Origin: an uncultured Gemmatimonadales bacterium
GTDB lineage: Bacteria > Gemmatimonadota > Gemmatimonadetes > Gemmatimonadales > GWC2-71-9
NCBI GenBank assembly: GCA_963796335.1
Contig: CAWCLG010000006.1
Location: 132,540 to 196,539 of the forward strand
Direction of reading: 5' to 3'
Length of the DNA: 64,000 bases
A program made the position numbers and the translations under genes. This document shows positions 30,089 through 39,816 of this stretch, one piece after another. The notes below the pieces were generated by a model. That model was not told the origin of the DNA. It saw only the letters and a list, made by a program, of their open reading frames with translations, and searched no databases. Positions within the stretch are counted from its first letter, which is position 1. The number at the start of each line of letters is the position of its first letter.

Positions 30089-32488
30089 ATGCTGCTCTAC
30101 GACCTGCGCCACGCCGTCCGCCGGCTCGCTCGTGAGCCCGGGTTCACCCTCGCCGCCGTCCTGACGCTCGCGCTCGGCGTCGGCGCGAACGTCACCGTCT
30201 TCGCCGTGGTCGAGGCGGTGCTGCTCCGGCCGCTGCCCTACGCCGACGCCGACCGCCTCGTCACCCTGAACCACCGCGACGAGCGCACCGGCATCACCAA
30301 GCCGCACAACGCGCTGGGCGACGTGGTCGATTTCGCGGCGCTGCAGAAGTCCTTCGACGCCTTCGGCCCCTACGGGGCGGGGGAGGCGACGGTCTTCGGC
30401 CAGGGCGACCCGTTCCGGGTCTCGGCCCTGGTCGTCAGCTCGGGCGCCGCGCAGGCGCTCGGCATCCGGCCCGTGCTCGGCCGCAGCATCCAGCCGGAGG
30501 ACACCCGGCCGGACGCGGGCCCGGTGATGCTGCTCGGCTACGACCTCTGGCAGTCGCGTTTCGGCGGCGACTCCGCGGTCGTCGGCCGGAGCGTGACGAT
30601 CGACGACGAGCGGCGGATGGTGGTCGGCATCGCGCCGCCCCGCTTCCGCTTTCCGCCGAGCTCCAGCACCGATGTGGTCGCGGCGATGACGGTCCCGGTC
30701 GAGCCGCCGGAACAGCGGAAGTCCGGCTGGCTCATGGCCGTCGGACGGCTGGCCCCGGGCCGCACGCTGGCCGAGGCCACGACCGAGTTCACTACGCTGT
30801 CGCGCCAGTTCGAGCGGGAATACCCGCAGAGCAACCAGGCCACGGCCTACTTCCTGATGCCGCTGCGCGACGCGCTGGTAGGCAACACCAAGGGGGCGCT
30901 GGTGCTGCTACTGGCGGCTGTGGCCGCCGTGCTGCTCATCGCCTGCGTGAACGTGGCGAATTTGCTGCTGGCCCGGTCGCTGGCGCGGCGGCGCGAGATG
31001 GCGGTGCGCATGGCCCTCGGCGCCGGCCGGCGGCGGCTGGTGGCCCAGCTCCTCACCGAGAGCCTCGTGCTCGCGCTGGTCGCCGGGGCGCTGGGTGTGG
31101 CGATCACATATTGGGGCGCGAAAGGATTGGTCTCGCTGGTCCCCGACTCCATGGAGCTCCCGACCCAGGTGCAGCTCAATCTCCCGGTGCTCGGATTCAC
31201 CCTGCTGCTCTCGGTCGGCACCGCGCTGGGGTTCGGCGTGGTCGCCGGCCTCACGCTCAGGCTGGAGAACGCGCTCAACGCGCTGGTCGTCGCCGGGCGC
31301 GCGTCGGCCGGCGCGATGGCACGGCGCACGATGGGCGGGCTGGTGATCGCGGAGATCGCCTTCGCGGTCGTGCTGCTGATCGGCGCGGGGCTCATCCTCC
31401 GCACCTTCGCCGGGCTGCTCGCGGTGGATCCCGGGTTCAGCTTCGACCGGGTGATGACGATGGACCTGGCGCTGCCGGCCGACCGGTACGCGGAGGCCGA
31501 CGCGCGGCGCGGATTCTACGACCGCGCCTTCGCCGCGCTCCACGCGCTGCCCGAGGTGCGGGAGGTCGGCGCCGCCGTGGTCATGCCGCTCACCGGCAAC
31601 AACTGGACGGTGCCGTTCGAGCGAACCGACCAGCCGGTCACACCGGGCGAGCGCCCGCCCGACGTCGGCTGGCAGCTCGCCTCCGGCGGCTTCTTCCGCG
31701 CGCTCGACATTCCGCTGCTCGACGGGCGGCTGTTCGACGAGCGCGACACGCCCACGTCCCCCGACGTGGTGATCGTGAGCGAGGCGGTGCAGCGGCGCTT
31801 CTTCCCGGGAGAGAAGGCGGTCGGGAAGACCCTCAAGCTGGGCGAGGAGACGGCGGAGATCGTGGGCGTGGTCGGCAACATCCGGCGCGCCGGCCTGAAC
31901 GACGAGCCCCGGGCCGACATGTATTTCCCGTTCGAGAAACCGGCGATCGGCCAGATCACGCTCTTCATCGGCACGGCGGGCGATCCGTCGGCGCCGCTCG
32001 GCGCGGTGCAGGCGGCGCTCCGGGCGATCGAGCCCAACGTCGTGCTGGCCAGGACGCAGACGCTCGCCGAAGTGGCGAGCGAGTCGGTGCGGATCACCCG
32101 GCTGGTGCTCTGGCTGCTGGCGACCTTCGCCGTGACCGCGCTGGCGCTCGCAGCGGTCGGGATCTACGGCGTCATGTCCTACGCCGTGCGGCAGCGCTCA
32201 CGCGAGATCGGCACCCGGATTGCGCTGGGCGCCCAGCCCTGGGACATCCTCCGGCTGGTGCTGCGGCAGGGCGCGACCATCGCGGGCATCGGGACAGCGG
32301 CAGGGCTCGCTATCGGCTTGGTAGCCGCGCGGTCGTTGCGTTCGATTCTCTACGGGGTTTCGACGGCGGATCCGCTGATCCTGCTCGGCGCCGCGGCACT
32401 GCTGGCGGGGACGGCGATGGCGGCCTGCTTCCTCCCGGCGCGCCGCGCGGTCGCTGTCGACCCCGCGCGGACGCTTACCGAGGAGTGA
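30089..32488 (+). CDS. ADOP-type duplicated FtsX/MacB-like ABC permease
   Basis: N-terminus MLLYDLRHAVRRLAREPGFTLAAVLTLALGVGANV, two MacB_PCD/FtsX halves, 799 aa. Confidence 0.85.
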   Translation: MLLYDLRHAVRRLAREPGFTLAAVLTLALGVGANVTVFAVVEAVLLRPLPYADADRLVTLNHRDERTGITKPHNALGDVVDFAALQKSFDAFGPYGAGEATVFGQGDPFRVSALVVSSGAAQALGIRPVLGRSIQPEDTRPDAGPVMLLGYDLWQSRFGGDSAVVGRSVTIDDERRMVVGIAPPRFRFPPSSSTDVVAAMTVPVEPPEQRKSGWLMAVGRLAPGRTLAEATTEFTTLSRQFEREYPQSNQATAYFLMPLRDALVGNTKGALVLLLAAVAAVLLIACVNVANLLLARSLARRREMAVRMALGAGRRRLVAQLLTESLVLALVAGALGVAITYWGAKGLVSLVPDSMELPTQVQLNLPVLGFTLLLSVGTALGFGVVAGLTLRLENALNALVVAGRASAGAMARRTMGGLVIAEIAFAVVLLIGAGLILRTFAGLLAVDPGFSFDRVMTMDLALPADRYAEADARRGFYDRAFAALHALPEVREVGAAVVMPLTGNNWTVPFERTDQPVTPGERPPDVGWQLASGGFFRALDIPLLDGRLFDERDTPTSPDVVIVSEAVQRRFFPGEKAVGKTLKLGEETAEIVGVVGNIRRAGLNDEPRADMYFPFEKPAIGQITLFIGTAGDPSAPLGAVQAALRAIEPNVVLARTQTLAEVASESVRITRLVLWLLATFAVTALALAAVGIYGVMSYAVRQRSREIGTRIALGAQPWDILRLVLRQGATIAGIGTAAGLAIGLVAARSLRSILYGVSTADPLILLGAAALLAGTAMAACFLPARRAVAVDPARTLTEE

Positions 32489-33196
32489 TCAGCTGGTGCT
32501 CTTGCCCCCGCGATACAGCGCGGGGTAGTCGCGCTTCAGGTGCTCCAGCTTGGGCAGATCGTTATAGACGATGTACGGCTGGGTCGGGTGCCGCACCAGG
32601 TAGTCCTGGTGGTAGTCCTCCGCCGGGTGGAAGGCGTCCAGCGCCGCCACCTGGGTCACGACCGGACCGCGGTACAGCTTGGCCTTCGTGATCTTCGCGA
32701 TGTAGCGCTCGGTCGCCTGCTTCTGGGCGTCGCTCCGGTAGAACACCGCGGAGCGGTACTGGGTGCCGACGTCCGGACCTTGGCGGTCGAGCTGGGTGGG
32801 ATCGTGCGCGACCGTGAAGAAGATCTGGAGCAGCTGGTCGTAGGAGATCTCTGCCGGGTCATAGACCACCAGCACGGCCTCGGCGTGTCCGGTCCGCCCC
32901 GAGCTGACCTGCTCGTAGCTGGGCGACGGAGTCTTTCCTCCCGCGTATCCCGAGGTGGCGAACGAGACACCCTTGAGGTGCTCGAACACCGCCTCGACTC
33001 CCCAGAAGCAGCCTCCGGCGAAGATCGCCGTATCGGCCGCCGCCGTGGCCACGCCGACCGGCGCCGGCTCGGGCGCCATGGCGGCCGCGGGGGCGGCCGG
33101 CGGCGTGTCGAAACGAGGTAAAGCCAGTCGTGTCGCGGGGATAACCGCGGCGGCCACCAGGGTGGGGATGGCCCAACGAGCGAGTGCGCTTGTCAT
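32489..33196 (-). CDS. msrA: peptide-methionine (S)-S-oxide reductase with signal peptide
   Basis: GGCFWGVEAVFEHLKGV active-site motif, with an N-terminal export signal. Confidence 0.9.
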   Translation of the reverse strand: MTSALARWAIPTLVAAAVIPATRLALPRFDTPPAAPAAAMAPEPAPVGVATAAADTAIFAGGCFWGVEAVFEHLKGVSFATSGYAGGKTPSPSYEQVSSGRTGHAEAVLVVYDPAEISYDQLLQIFFTVAHDPTQLDRQGPDVGTQYRSAVFYRSDAQKQATERYIAKITKAKLYRGPVVTQVAALDAFHPAEDYHQDYLVRHPTQPYIVYNDLPKLEHLKRDYPALYRGGKSTS

Positions 33197-33247
33197 GGTG
33201 TCTCCGATCGGGTCACCCCAATAACGCCCCAGGGCCGCCGGCGGTTC

Positions 33248-34463
33248 TCAGAACGTGGTCAGAGCGCCCAACTCCTGCTCGATATTGGCGATCGGGCTGA
33301 AGGCAAAGGTCCCGGACGCCGCCGCCCCAGAGGATCCCGATCAGGGTCGCGTTGCTGCCCGACCGGAGGAAGACCGGCGAGCCGCTGTCGCCTCCCGCTA
33401 CCCCGGCTGCCACGATCGACTGGCAGAGCTGGGTGATGTTGGTCCCGGAGACGTTCACCGTGACGCAGGTATTCGTGATGGTGCCGCGGGTCCAGCCGGT
33501 GGTGCGGCCGATCTTGTTGGCCTGCTGTCCCACGACCGGATTCCCCTCCGCCACGATGGTGAAATTGCCCTGGATCGTGAGCGAGCCGTTGTTCGCACCG
33601 GTGGTCTTCGCGATCCGGCCCAGGGTCGACTGGGTGCCGCTGGCGTAGGCGGCGCGCGAGGCGTCGCTCCGGCGGCAGCGCCGTCCGGCGGGACAGCCAC
33701 CGCCCGTGGTGTAGTTGGGATCGGCCACCTCGGTCGCGATCTGGCCCGGAGCCACCGACTGGGTGGGCTGCCAGTAGGGCGTGTTCTGCACTCCGCCCTG
33801 GACGTTGGTGCAGTGCGAGTTGGTGATGAACGAGCGCTGCCCGCTGCGGGTGGCGTTGAAGCCGAGGGTGCAGAGGAAGCCGGGGAAGTTGATCTGCACT
33901 CCGCCCTTAACCGGGCGGATCCGGTCCTGCAGAGTCGCCATGTTGCGGAAGGGCTCGACCACTTCCACCGTGACGGCCTTGGCCGGAACGCCGAGCCGCT
34001 CCACGGCGGCCCGCACCTGGGCCGCGGAGGTGCCGCGCTCGACGCCGATCTTGACCCGGTTCCGTGACTCGTCGGCATCCACATAGACCGTGCCGCGCTG
34101 CGCCAGCACCTCGCTCGACGCCTGACCCTGCCAGCGCTCCAGCGATGCCCAATCGAAATCCGCCTGTCGCACGACCAGCGCCGAAGCGCTCATCCCCTCC
34201 GCGCTGAGCGCCGCGCCCAGCGCGCGCTCGGCACTGGCGCGCTGCCTGGTGTCCTTGAGGTAGATGGTGGGCCGGCCGTTCTCGTCATAGAAAAAGCCGC
34301 CGAACCCCGGTACCTGGCGGGCGGCGGCAACGGGATCGGCGAACTGGCGAAAGGTGGGCTCGGAGACGGACGGCGAGGTGGGCTGATTCTCGTCGGTACA
34401 GGCGCCGGCGAAGAGTGCGGCTCCGGCGATCAGGCCCGCGAGCGAGAGAGTGCGCTGGTGCAT
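33248..34463 (-). pseudogene. secreted S1 (alpha-lytic/chymotrypsin-fold) serine protease; frame break near the C-terminus
   Basis: Lipoprotein-type signal, pro-region, and catalytic GDSGSPVF. After ..LIGILWGGG the conserved tail SGTFAFSPIANIEQELGALTTF* lies in the next frame (break ~33314-33326) and ends at TGA 33250-33248. Confidence 0.7.
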
Positions 34464-34575
34464 GAGGACCTCGGACAACGGGGAAACACGAAATGCGGAA
34501 CGTGGCCCGACGCGATTTGGGCGCCGGGCCACGTTGACAATGTTGCGAGGGGGAACGGGGAGCGCCAGTGCGGCG

Positions 34576-35178
34576 TTACGAACCGCGGACGCAGCGCACC
34601 GATATCCGGTAGGTCACGTTCACCACCGACCGCCAGATGGTGTTGCGGTTGGCGGCCACGTCGCGGTGCCAGGCGGTCGCGGAGACTTCGTCCGGCTCGC
34701 CCGCGGTGGAGGCCCAGTAGGCCGCGTTCCGGCCCATGGCCCGGGAGCTGTCGGCGCGATGGGGATCGATCCAGCCGGAGTAGCGCACGTTGAACCCGGT
34801 GTCGCCGCCGAACTTGAGCCGGCGGCCGAGCGGGTCGCCGCGGCTGTCCTCCTTCTCGATGTCGGCGTCCGACATGCCGAGCCAGCGCTCCAGATCCTGC
34901 CAGTCCTCTTCGCTGGGAACACGCCATCCCGCCGGGCAGGCCTTCAGCGCGTCGGCCAGGCGGTAGAGCCGGCCGTGGTCGGCGCAGTTGGCCTCGTCGC
35001 CCTCATAGCAGCGGCTGTCGGCGGTCTTGAAGCGGAGGTTCTCGGCGAACCACTGCAGCTTGCCGAGCGTGACGAAGGCGTAGCGGTAGCCGTCGCGGGG
35101 ATCGGTGAACCGATCGGGAGGACGGCCGGCGACGCCGAGCAGTGCGACGGAAGCGACGACCGCGAGGAGGGCCTGCAT
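34576..35178 (-). CDS. FISUMP (Fibrobacter succinogenes major paralogous) domain protein
   Basis: Signal peptide MQALLAVVASVALLG. WFAENL, GRLY, CPAGWRVPSEEDWQDLERWLG and GFNVRYSGW match the TIGR02145-type domain. Confidence 0.75.
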   Translation of the reverse strand: MQALLAVVASVALLGVAGRPPDRFTDPRDGYRYAFVTLGKLQWFAENLRFKTADSRCYEGDEANCADHGRLYRLADALKACPAGWRVPSEEDWQDLERWLGMSDADIEKEDSRGDPLGRRLKFGGDTGFNVRYSGWIDPHRADSSRAMGRNAAYWASTAGEPDEVSATAWHRDVAANRNTIWRSVVNVTYRISVRCVRGS

Positions 35179-35244
35179 GAATCGCTCTACGCCCCGCCGG
35201 CGGAAGGGGTTTCGCCGCGCGCGGGGCGGAGCGAGGTTCATTCC

Positions 35245-36784
35245 GTGGAAGTCTTCGAGATCGTCATCGCCTTGCTGCTGATCGGCGCCGCGCTGGCCGC
35301 CGGCGCCCGTCGCATAGGCGCGCCCTATCCCGCGCTGCTCGCCCTCGCCGGCGTCGGGCTCGCGCTGATGCCGGGCACGCCGGCCGTGAGTCTCGATCCC
35401 GAGCTGGCGCTCGCGCTGTTCGTGGCGCCGGTGCTGCTCGACGCGGCATTCGACGCGTCGCCCCGCGACCTGCGGGAGCACTGGCGCGCCGGTCGCGAGT
35501 CTCGCGCTGGCCACCGTCGTCCTCACGGTCGCCGCGGTCGCGTTGACGGTCCGCTGGCTGGTGCCCGACATGCCGTGGGCCGCCGCGATCGCCCTCGGTG
35601 CGATCGTGGCGCCGCCCGACGCGGCGGCCGCCACCGCCGTGCTCCGCCAGCTGCGCCCCCCGCACCGCCTGATGGTGATCCTCGAAGGCGAAAGCCTGTT
35701 CAACGACGCCAGCGCGCTGCTGATCTACCGGCTCGCCGTCGGCGCGGCGGCCGCGGGCGCGCTCTCCGCCGGCGAGATCGTCCCGCTGCTGCTGCTGGTC
35801 ACCGCGGGCAGTATCGTCCTCGGCATTGTGCTCGCCCGGCTCACCGGATTGATCATCCCGCGCATCCAGGACGTCGCCACCTCGGTCATCGTGCAGTTCG
35901 TCGGGACCTTCGCGGTGTGGATCGGCGCGGAGGCGTTGCACCTCTCCGGCATCATCACGATGGTGGTCTATGCGATGTCCGTCGCGCGGCGGGCGGGCGA
36001 GAGCATCCCGGCCCGAATCCGGATCCCGTCGTACGCCGTGTGGGAGGTCGCGGTCTTCCTGCTCAACTCGCTGGCGTTCATCCTGGTCGGCCTCCAGCTC
36101 AAGCCGATCGTGGGCACGCTGGACCGCAGCGAGCTGGTGAACTACGCGGTCATCGCGATGGCGGTGTGCGCCGCCGTCATCCTGGCGCGCATCGCCTGGG
36201 CCGCGGGCGCGCACCTGCTCCGCGGCCCGCATACCTCCGAGGGGCGCCGCCACGCGGTCGTCGTGGCCTGGTGCGGGATGCGGGGGACCGTCACACTCGC
36301 CGCCGCGCTGGCCCTGCCCGCGCGCTTTCCTCATCGCGACCTGATTCTGTTCACCGCGTTCCTCGTGGTGCTCGGCACGCTGGTGGTGCAGGGCCTGACT
36401 CTGAAGCCGTTGTTGAGCCTGCTCCGGCTCGAGCCGGACGACGAAGTCGAGCGCGAAGTGCGGCTGGCGCGGCTGGAGACCCTTCGGGCCGGCGCCGCGG
36501 CGCTGGAGGGCGCGGACTCGACCGGCGAGGCGGCCGATCTGGTGCGGCAGAAGTACCGGGTCCGGCTGCGGCGGGCCGAAGCCAGGGTGGACAGCGGGGC
36601 CTCGGGACACGCGGGCCAGGAGGAGCGGGGTTACGCGGACGCCGCGCGGGCGGCGATGGCGGCGGAGCGCCGGCGGCTCTCGGCGCTCCGCAGCGAGGGG
36701 ACGATCGGAGACGACGCCTATCACCGGGTGGAGGAGGAGCTGGACCGGGCGGAGCTGAGCGCGGAAGCGATGGATCCGGAGTGA
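35245..36784 (+). pseudogene. Na+/H+ antiporter (CPA1/NhaP family); one frame break
   Basis: TM1-2 (VEVFEIVIALLLIGAA...FDASPRDLREHWR) are in frame 1. The rest (PVASLALATVVL...APPDAAAATAVL...ESLFNDASAL...) is in frame 2, with the break at ~35484-35492. Confidence 0.75.
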
Positions 36785-36900
36785 TCGAGGAAGCGGATTT
36801 GATGATGAATTGATGGTCCTTTGTACACTTCCCTAACGCGCAGGCGCGCGTATATTCTCGCGAAATCCCCCTAGCATAGCACAGTTCCAGCACGGGACTC

Positions 36901-37824
36901 ATGCCTCAGCAGCCAAGGCTGTTGGTCGGTTCCTCTCCGTCGATGGGCAGGGCGCTGGAACAGTGCGCCCGATTCGCACGGGGCCGGAATCCGGTCGTCC
37001 TCATCGGCGCCCCCGGCACCGGCAAGACGCTGCTCGCCGAGCACATCCACCTGCTCTCCGGGCGGACCGGGGAGTTCGTGAAGCTGTCGGCGTCGCACAT
37101 CCCGCCCAACCTGGAGCTGGCCCAACTCGGCGGGCACACGAGGGGTGCCTACACCGGGGCGGACCGCGATCAGCCCGGATTGCTGGAGACGTCCCATCGC
37201 GGAACGTTCTTTCTCGACGAGCTGGGCAACGCGTCGCCGATGGTGCAGGAGATCCTCCTCCAGGTGATCGAGGAGGGCACCATCCGACGGGTTCGGGAGA
37301 TCCGACCCCGGCCCCTCGACGTCCGCTTCGTCTTCGCCACCAATGCTCCGTTGCAGGCGCTGGTGGAGAAGGGCCAGTTCCGGCGGGATCTCTACGACCG
37401 TCTGGGTTTCTGCAAGATCGCGGTGCCGTCGCTGGCGGATCGGCGCGAGGACATCGAAGCCCTGCTGCGGTCGATGCTCCAACGCGAGGCCGAGGTCGCG
37501 GGGCTGGCCGAGCCGCCACGACTCGAATCCCGGCTGGTGGACTGCCTCATCGCGGCGCCCTGGAAGGGGAACGTCCGGGAGCTGGAGAACCTGTGCAAGT
37601 ACCTGGTCATTTTCGGGGATCTCGGTCGCCCGCTCGACATCGGGGACCTCCCCTACGACTTCGCCGCCTCGCTGGGCGCCATCCTGCGCCACCAGCACGA
37701 AACCCCCACGCTGGCCCACCGCGCTCGGGAAGCACTCGCCGCGACGGGCGGTGACAAGTCGGCCGCGGCGAGAATCCTCGGCATCAGCCGCACGCACATT
37801 TATCGGCTGCTCAAGCCGGCGTGA
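36901..37824 (+). CDS. receiver-less sigma54 enhancer-binding protein (AAA+ plus Fis-type HTH), bEBP-1
   Basis: Walker A GAPGTGKT, GAYTGA variant of the GAFTGA loop, Walker B FFLDELG, RELEN, and the C-terminal HTH AARILGISRTHIYRLL. No N-terminal sensory domain; 307 aa. Confidence 0.8.
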   Translation: MPQQPRLLVGSSPSMGRALEQCARFARGRNPVVLIGAPGTGKTLLAEHIHLLSGRTGEFVKLSASHIPPNLELAQLGGHTRGAYTGADRDQPGLLETSHRGTFFLDELGNASPMVQEILLQVIEEGTIRRVREIRPRPLDVRFVFATNAPLQALVEKGQFRRDLYDRLGFCKIAVPSLADRREDIEALLRSMLQREAEVAGLAEPPRLESRLVDCLIAAPWKGNVRELENLCKYLVIFGDLGRPLDIGDLPYDFAASLGAILRHQHETPTLAHRAREALAATGGDKSAAARILGISRTHIYRLLKPA

Positions 37825-37826
37825 TA

Positions 37827-37898
37827 GGCAGGCGGGCAGGCGGACAGGCGGGCGGGCGGTCAGGCGGACAGGCGGGCGGGCGGGCGGTCAGGCGGGCA
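37827..37898. repeat. degenerate octamer array (GNCNGGCG x ~9), complementary to the downstream CTGTCCGC array
   Basis: ggcaggcg ggcaggcg gacaggcg ggcgggcg gtcaggcg gacaggcg ggcgggcg ..., starting 3 nt after the bEBP-1 stop. Confidence 0.8.
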
Positions 37899-37912
37899 GA
37901 CGCGAGGCATAC

Positions 37913-37999
37913 GTGTCATCCCGAGCGCAGCGAGGGATCTTGCCGGGCGGAGTTCGAAGTCAGCCAGACAAGATCCCTCGCTGGCGCTCGGGATGACAC
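37913..37999. repeat. long hairpin (about 30 bp arms) of the GTCAYCCYGAGCG family
   Basis: GTGTCATCCCGAGCGCAGCGAGGGATCTTG...CAAGATCCCTCGCTGGCGCTCGGGATGACAC, with a one-base bulge. Confidence 0.8.
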
Positions 38000-38005
38000 T
38001 CGTTA

Positions 38006-38160
38006 CTGTCCGCCTGTCCGCCTGTCCGCCTGTCCGCCTGTCCGCCTGTCCGCCTGTCCGCCTGTCCGCCTGTCCGCCTGTCCGCCTGTCCGCCTGTCCG
38101 CCTGTCCGCCTGTCCGCCTGTCCGCCTGTCCGCCTGCCCGCCTGCCCGCCCGCCCGTCTG
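38006..38160. repeat. octamer tandem repeat: CTGTCCGC x16 perfect, then about 4 degenerate copies
   Basis: Counted unit by unit: 38006-38133 is 16 identical copies. 38134-38149 is two CTGCCCGC copies, followed by decayed copies. Confidence 0.95.
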
Positions 38161-38162
38161 CC

Positions 38163-38208
38163 GTAACCTGTCCGCCGTGACGTTACACCGACCGCTGTAA
38201 CATGTTAC
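38163..38208. promoter_or_regulatory. candidate upstream activator sequence: four GTAAC/GTTAC half-sites including the perfect palindrome GTAACATGTTAC
   Basis: GTAAC at 38163, GTTAC at 38182, GTAACATGTTAC at 38197-38208. Centred about 70-110 bp upstream of the -24/-12 candidate. Confidence 0.4.
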
Positions 38209-38274
38209 GCGGCCGCTCTCCGCGGTCCCTCGCCCAAACTCCATCCATTCATTCACTTGCCTCCAGCGACACAA

Positions 38275-38291
38275 CCGGCACGTCGTCTGCC
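38275..38291 (+). promoter_or_regulatory. candidate sigma54 (-24/-12) promoter for the gsp operon
   Basis: ccGGCACGtcgtCTGCc has GG-N10-GC spacing and matches 9 of 11 consensus positions of TGGCACG-N4-TTGC. The GC lies 36 nt upstream of the gspE ATG. Confidence 0.5.
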
Positions 38292-38325
38292 TTGCGAAGA
38301 GCCGACCTCACCAGCCGGTGCCTCC

Positions 38326-39816
38326 ATGACTGCTGCGCTCGCAACCAAGCTTCCGATCCCCGAGTCCTTCGCGGCGGAGTACCTCGAGTACTACCGCATG
38401 CTTCCCCTCGAGCTGGCGGACGATCGCATCCGGGTCGCCATCTCCGGCGACCCTAACGCGGAGGCGATCGACGACCTGCGCGACTCCTACGGGGTGTCCG
38501 TGGAGCTGGTGCAGGTGCCGGAGGAAGAGCTGCTCGACGCGATCAGGCGAACGTTCGCGGCGTCGGAGTCGGTGGTCGAGCTGGTGCGCGACCTCAGCGG
38601 CGACACCGCACTGGCAGGCCAGGGTGGCGACGACTCCCTCGCCGACGTGCGGGATCTCGCGAGCCAGCCTCCGGTGATCCGTTTCGTCAACCTGCTCATT
38701 CGCGAGGCCCACGACGCCGGCGCGAGCGACATCCACCTGGAGGCGACCAGAGACGGCCTCCGGATCCGGCTTCGGATCGACGGCGTGCTCACCGAGCTGC
38801 CCAGTCCGCCGAAAGGCCTTCAGGCCGCGGTCGTCTCGCGGATCAAGCTGCTGGCCGAGCTGGACATCTCGGAGCGGCGCCAGCCGCAGGACGGGCGGAT
38901 CCGGGTGCGGCTCGAGTCGCGCGAGCTCGATCTCCGGGTCTCCACCGTGCCGACGCTGCACGGGGAATCGGTGGTGCTTCGGCTCCTCGACCGCGGCGGC
39001 CGGCCGGTGTGCCTGGAGGAGCTCGGCCTGCCTCCGGAGATCCTGGGGTCGTTCGAGCGGCTGGCGCGCAAGCCGCACGGCATTCTGCTCTCCACCGGCC
39101 CGACCGGCTCCGGCAAGACGACGACGCTGTACGCGGCGCTGGGCCTCCGCCACCCGACCGAAGAGAAGGTCATCACGGTCGAGGACCCGGTGGAGTATCA
39201 CCTGCCCGATGTCACCCAGGTCCCGGTGCACCAGAAGGCCGGCGTGACCTTCGCCGCCGCTCTCCGAAGCATCCTGCGCCAGGACCCCGACGTGCTGATG
39301 GTCGGGGAGATGCGCGACCGGGAGACCGCCGGCATCGCGGTTCAGGCCGCCATGACCGGCCATCTGGTCTTCTCCACCCTGCACACCAACGACGCCGCCG
39401 GAGCCCTCACCCGCCTCGCCGATCTCGGCATCGAGCCCTACATGGTGGCGGCGACGCTCGAAGGCGTGCTGGCCCAGCGGCTGGTGCGCCGGACATGTCC
39501 CGACTGCCGGGAGACCTACCGTCCCGATCCCGGCGTGGTGGCGCTCCTGGCGCAGCGGCCGGTCGGCTCCATCCCGCTGGAACGGGGGAAGGGATGTGCG
39601 GCCTGCCGGCACACCGGTTTCCGGGGCCGCATCGGAATCTTCGAGCTGTTGATCATGACCGACGAGCTGCGGCGCGATCTGGCGACCGGGATGGACATCA
39701 CCTCGGTGCGGCGGCACGTGCGCGACGCGGGCGTGGCGAGTCTCCGGGACGACGCCTGGGCCAAGGTCCAGGCCGGGGTCACTACCGTGGAGGAGGTGCT
39801 TCGTGTGGTCGAATGA
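38326..39816 (+). CDS. gspE: type II secretion ATPase GspE
   Basis: T2SSE N-terminal domain, Walker A GPTGSGKTTT, Asp/His boxes, and the tetracysteine CPDC...CAAC motif. Confidence 0.9.
   Translation: MTAALATKLPIPESFAAEYLEYYRMLPLELADDRIRVAISGDPNAEAIDDLRDSYGVSVELVQVPEEELLDAIRRTFAASESVVELVRDLSGDTALAGQGGDDSLADVRDLASQPPVIRFVNLLIREAHDAGASDIHLEATRDGLRIRLRIDGVLTELPSPPKGLQAAVVSRIKLLAELDISERRQPQDGRIRVRLESRELDLRVSTVPTLHGESVVLRLLDRGGRPVCLEELGLPPEILGSFERLARKPHGILLSTGPTGSGKTTTLYAALGLRHPTEEKVITVEDPVEYHLPDVTQVPVHQKAGVTFAAALRSILRQDPDVLMVGEMRDRETAGIAVQAAMTGHLVFSTLHTNDAAGALTRLADLGIEPYMVAATLEGVLAQRLVRRTCPDCRETYRPDPGVVALLAQRPVGSIPLERGKGCAACRHTGFRGRIGIFELLIMTDELRRDLATGMDITSVRRHVRDAGVASLRDDAWAKVQAGVTTVEEVLRVVE

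Noticed and set aside
36785-36900. Sigma70-type promoter (TTGTAC ... TATATT) upstream of bEBP-1.
   Set aside because: The spacer between the two hexamers is about 24 nt, far from the canonical 17 nt, and promoter rules for this phylum are uncertain.
38006-38160. Possible CRISPR array.
   Set aside because: It is a pure 8-bp tandem repeat with no spacers and no cas genes. The 120-bp palindromes at 59.2 and 63.3 kb are likewise single units, not repeat-spacer arrays.
37821-38274. ORFs 37821..38180(+) and 37960..38274(-), translating as CPPVRLSA or GGQADRRT repeats.
   Set aside because: They are simply translations of the CTGTCCGC octamer array and the hairpin, so they are not coding.
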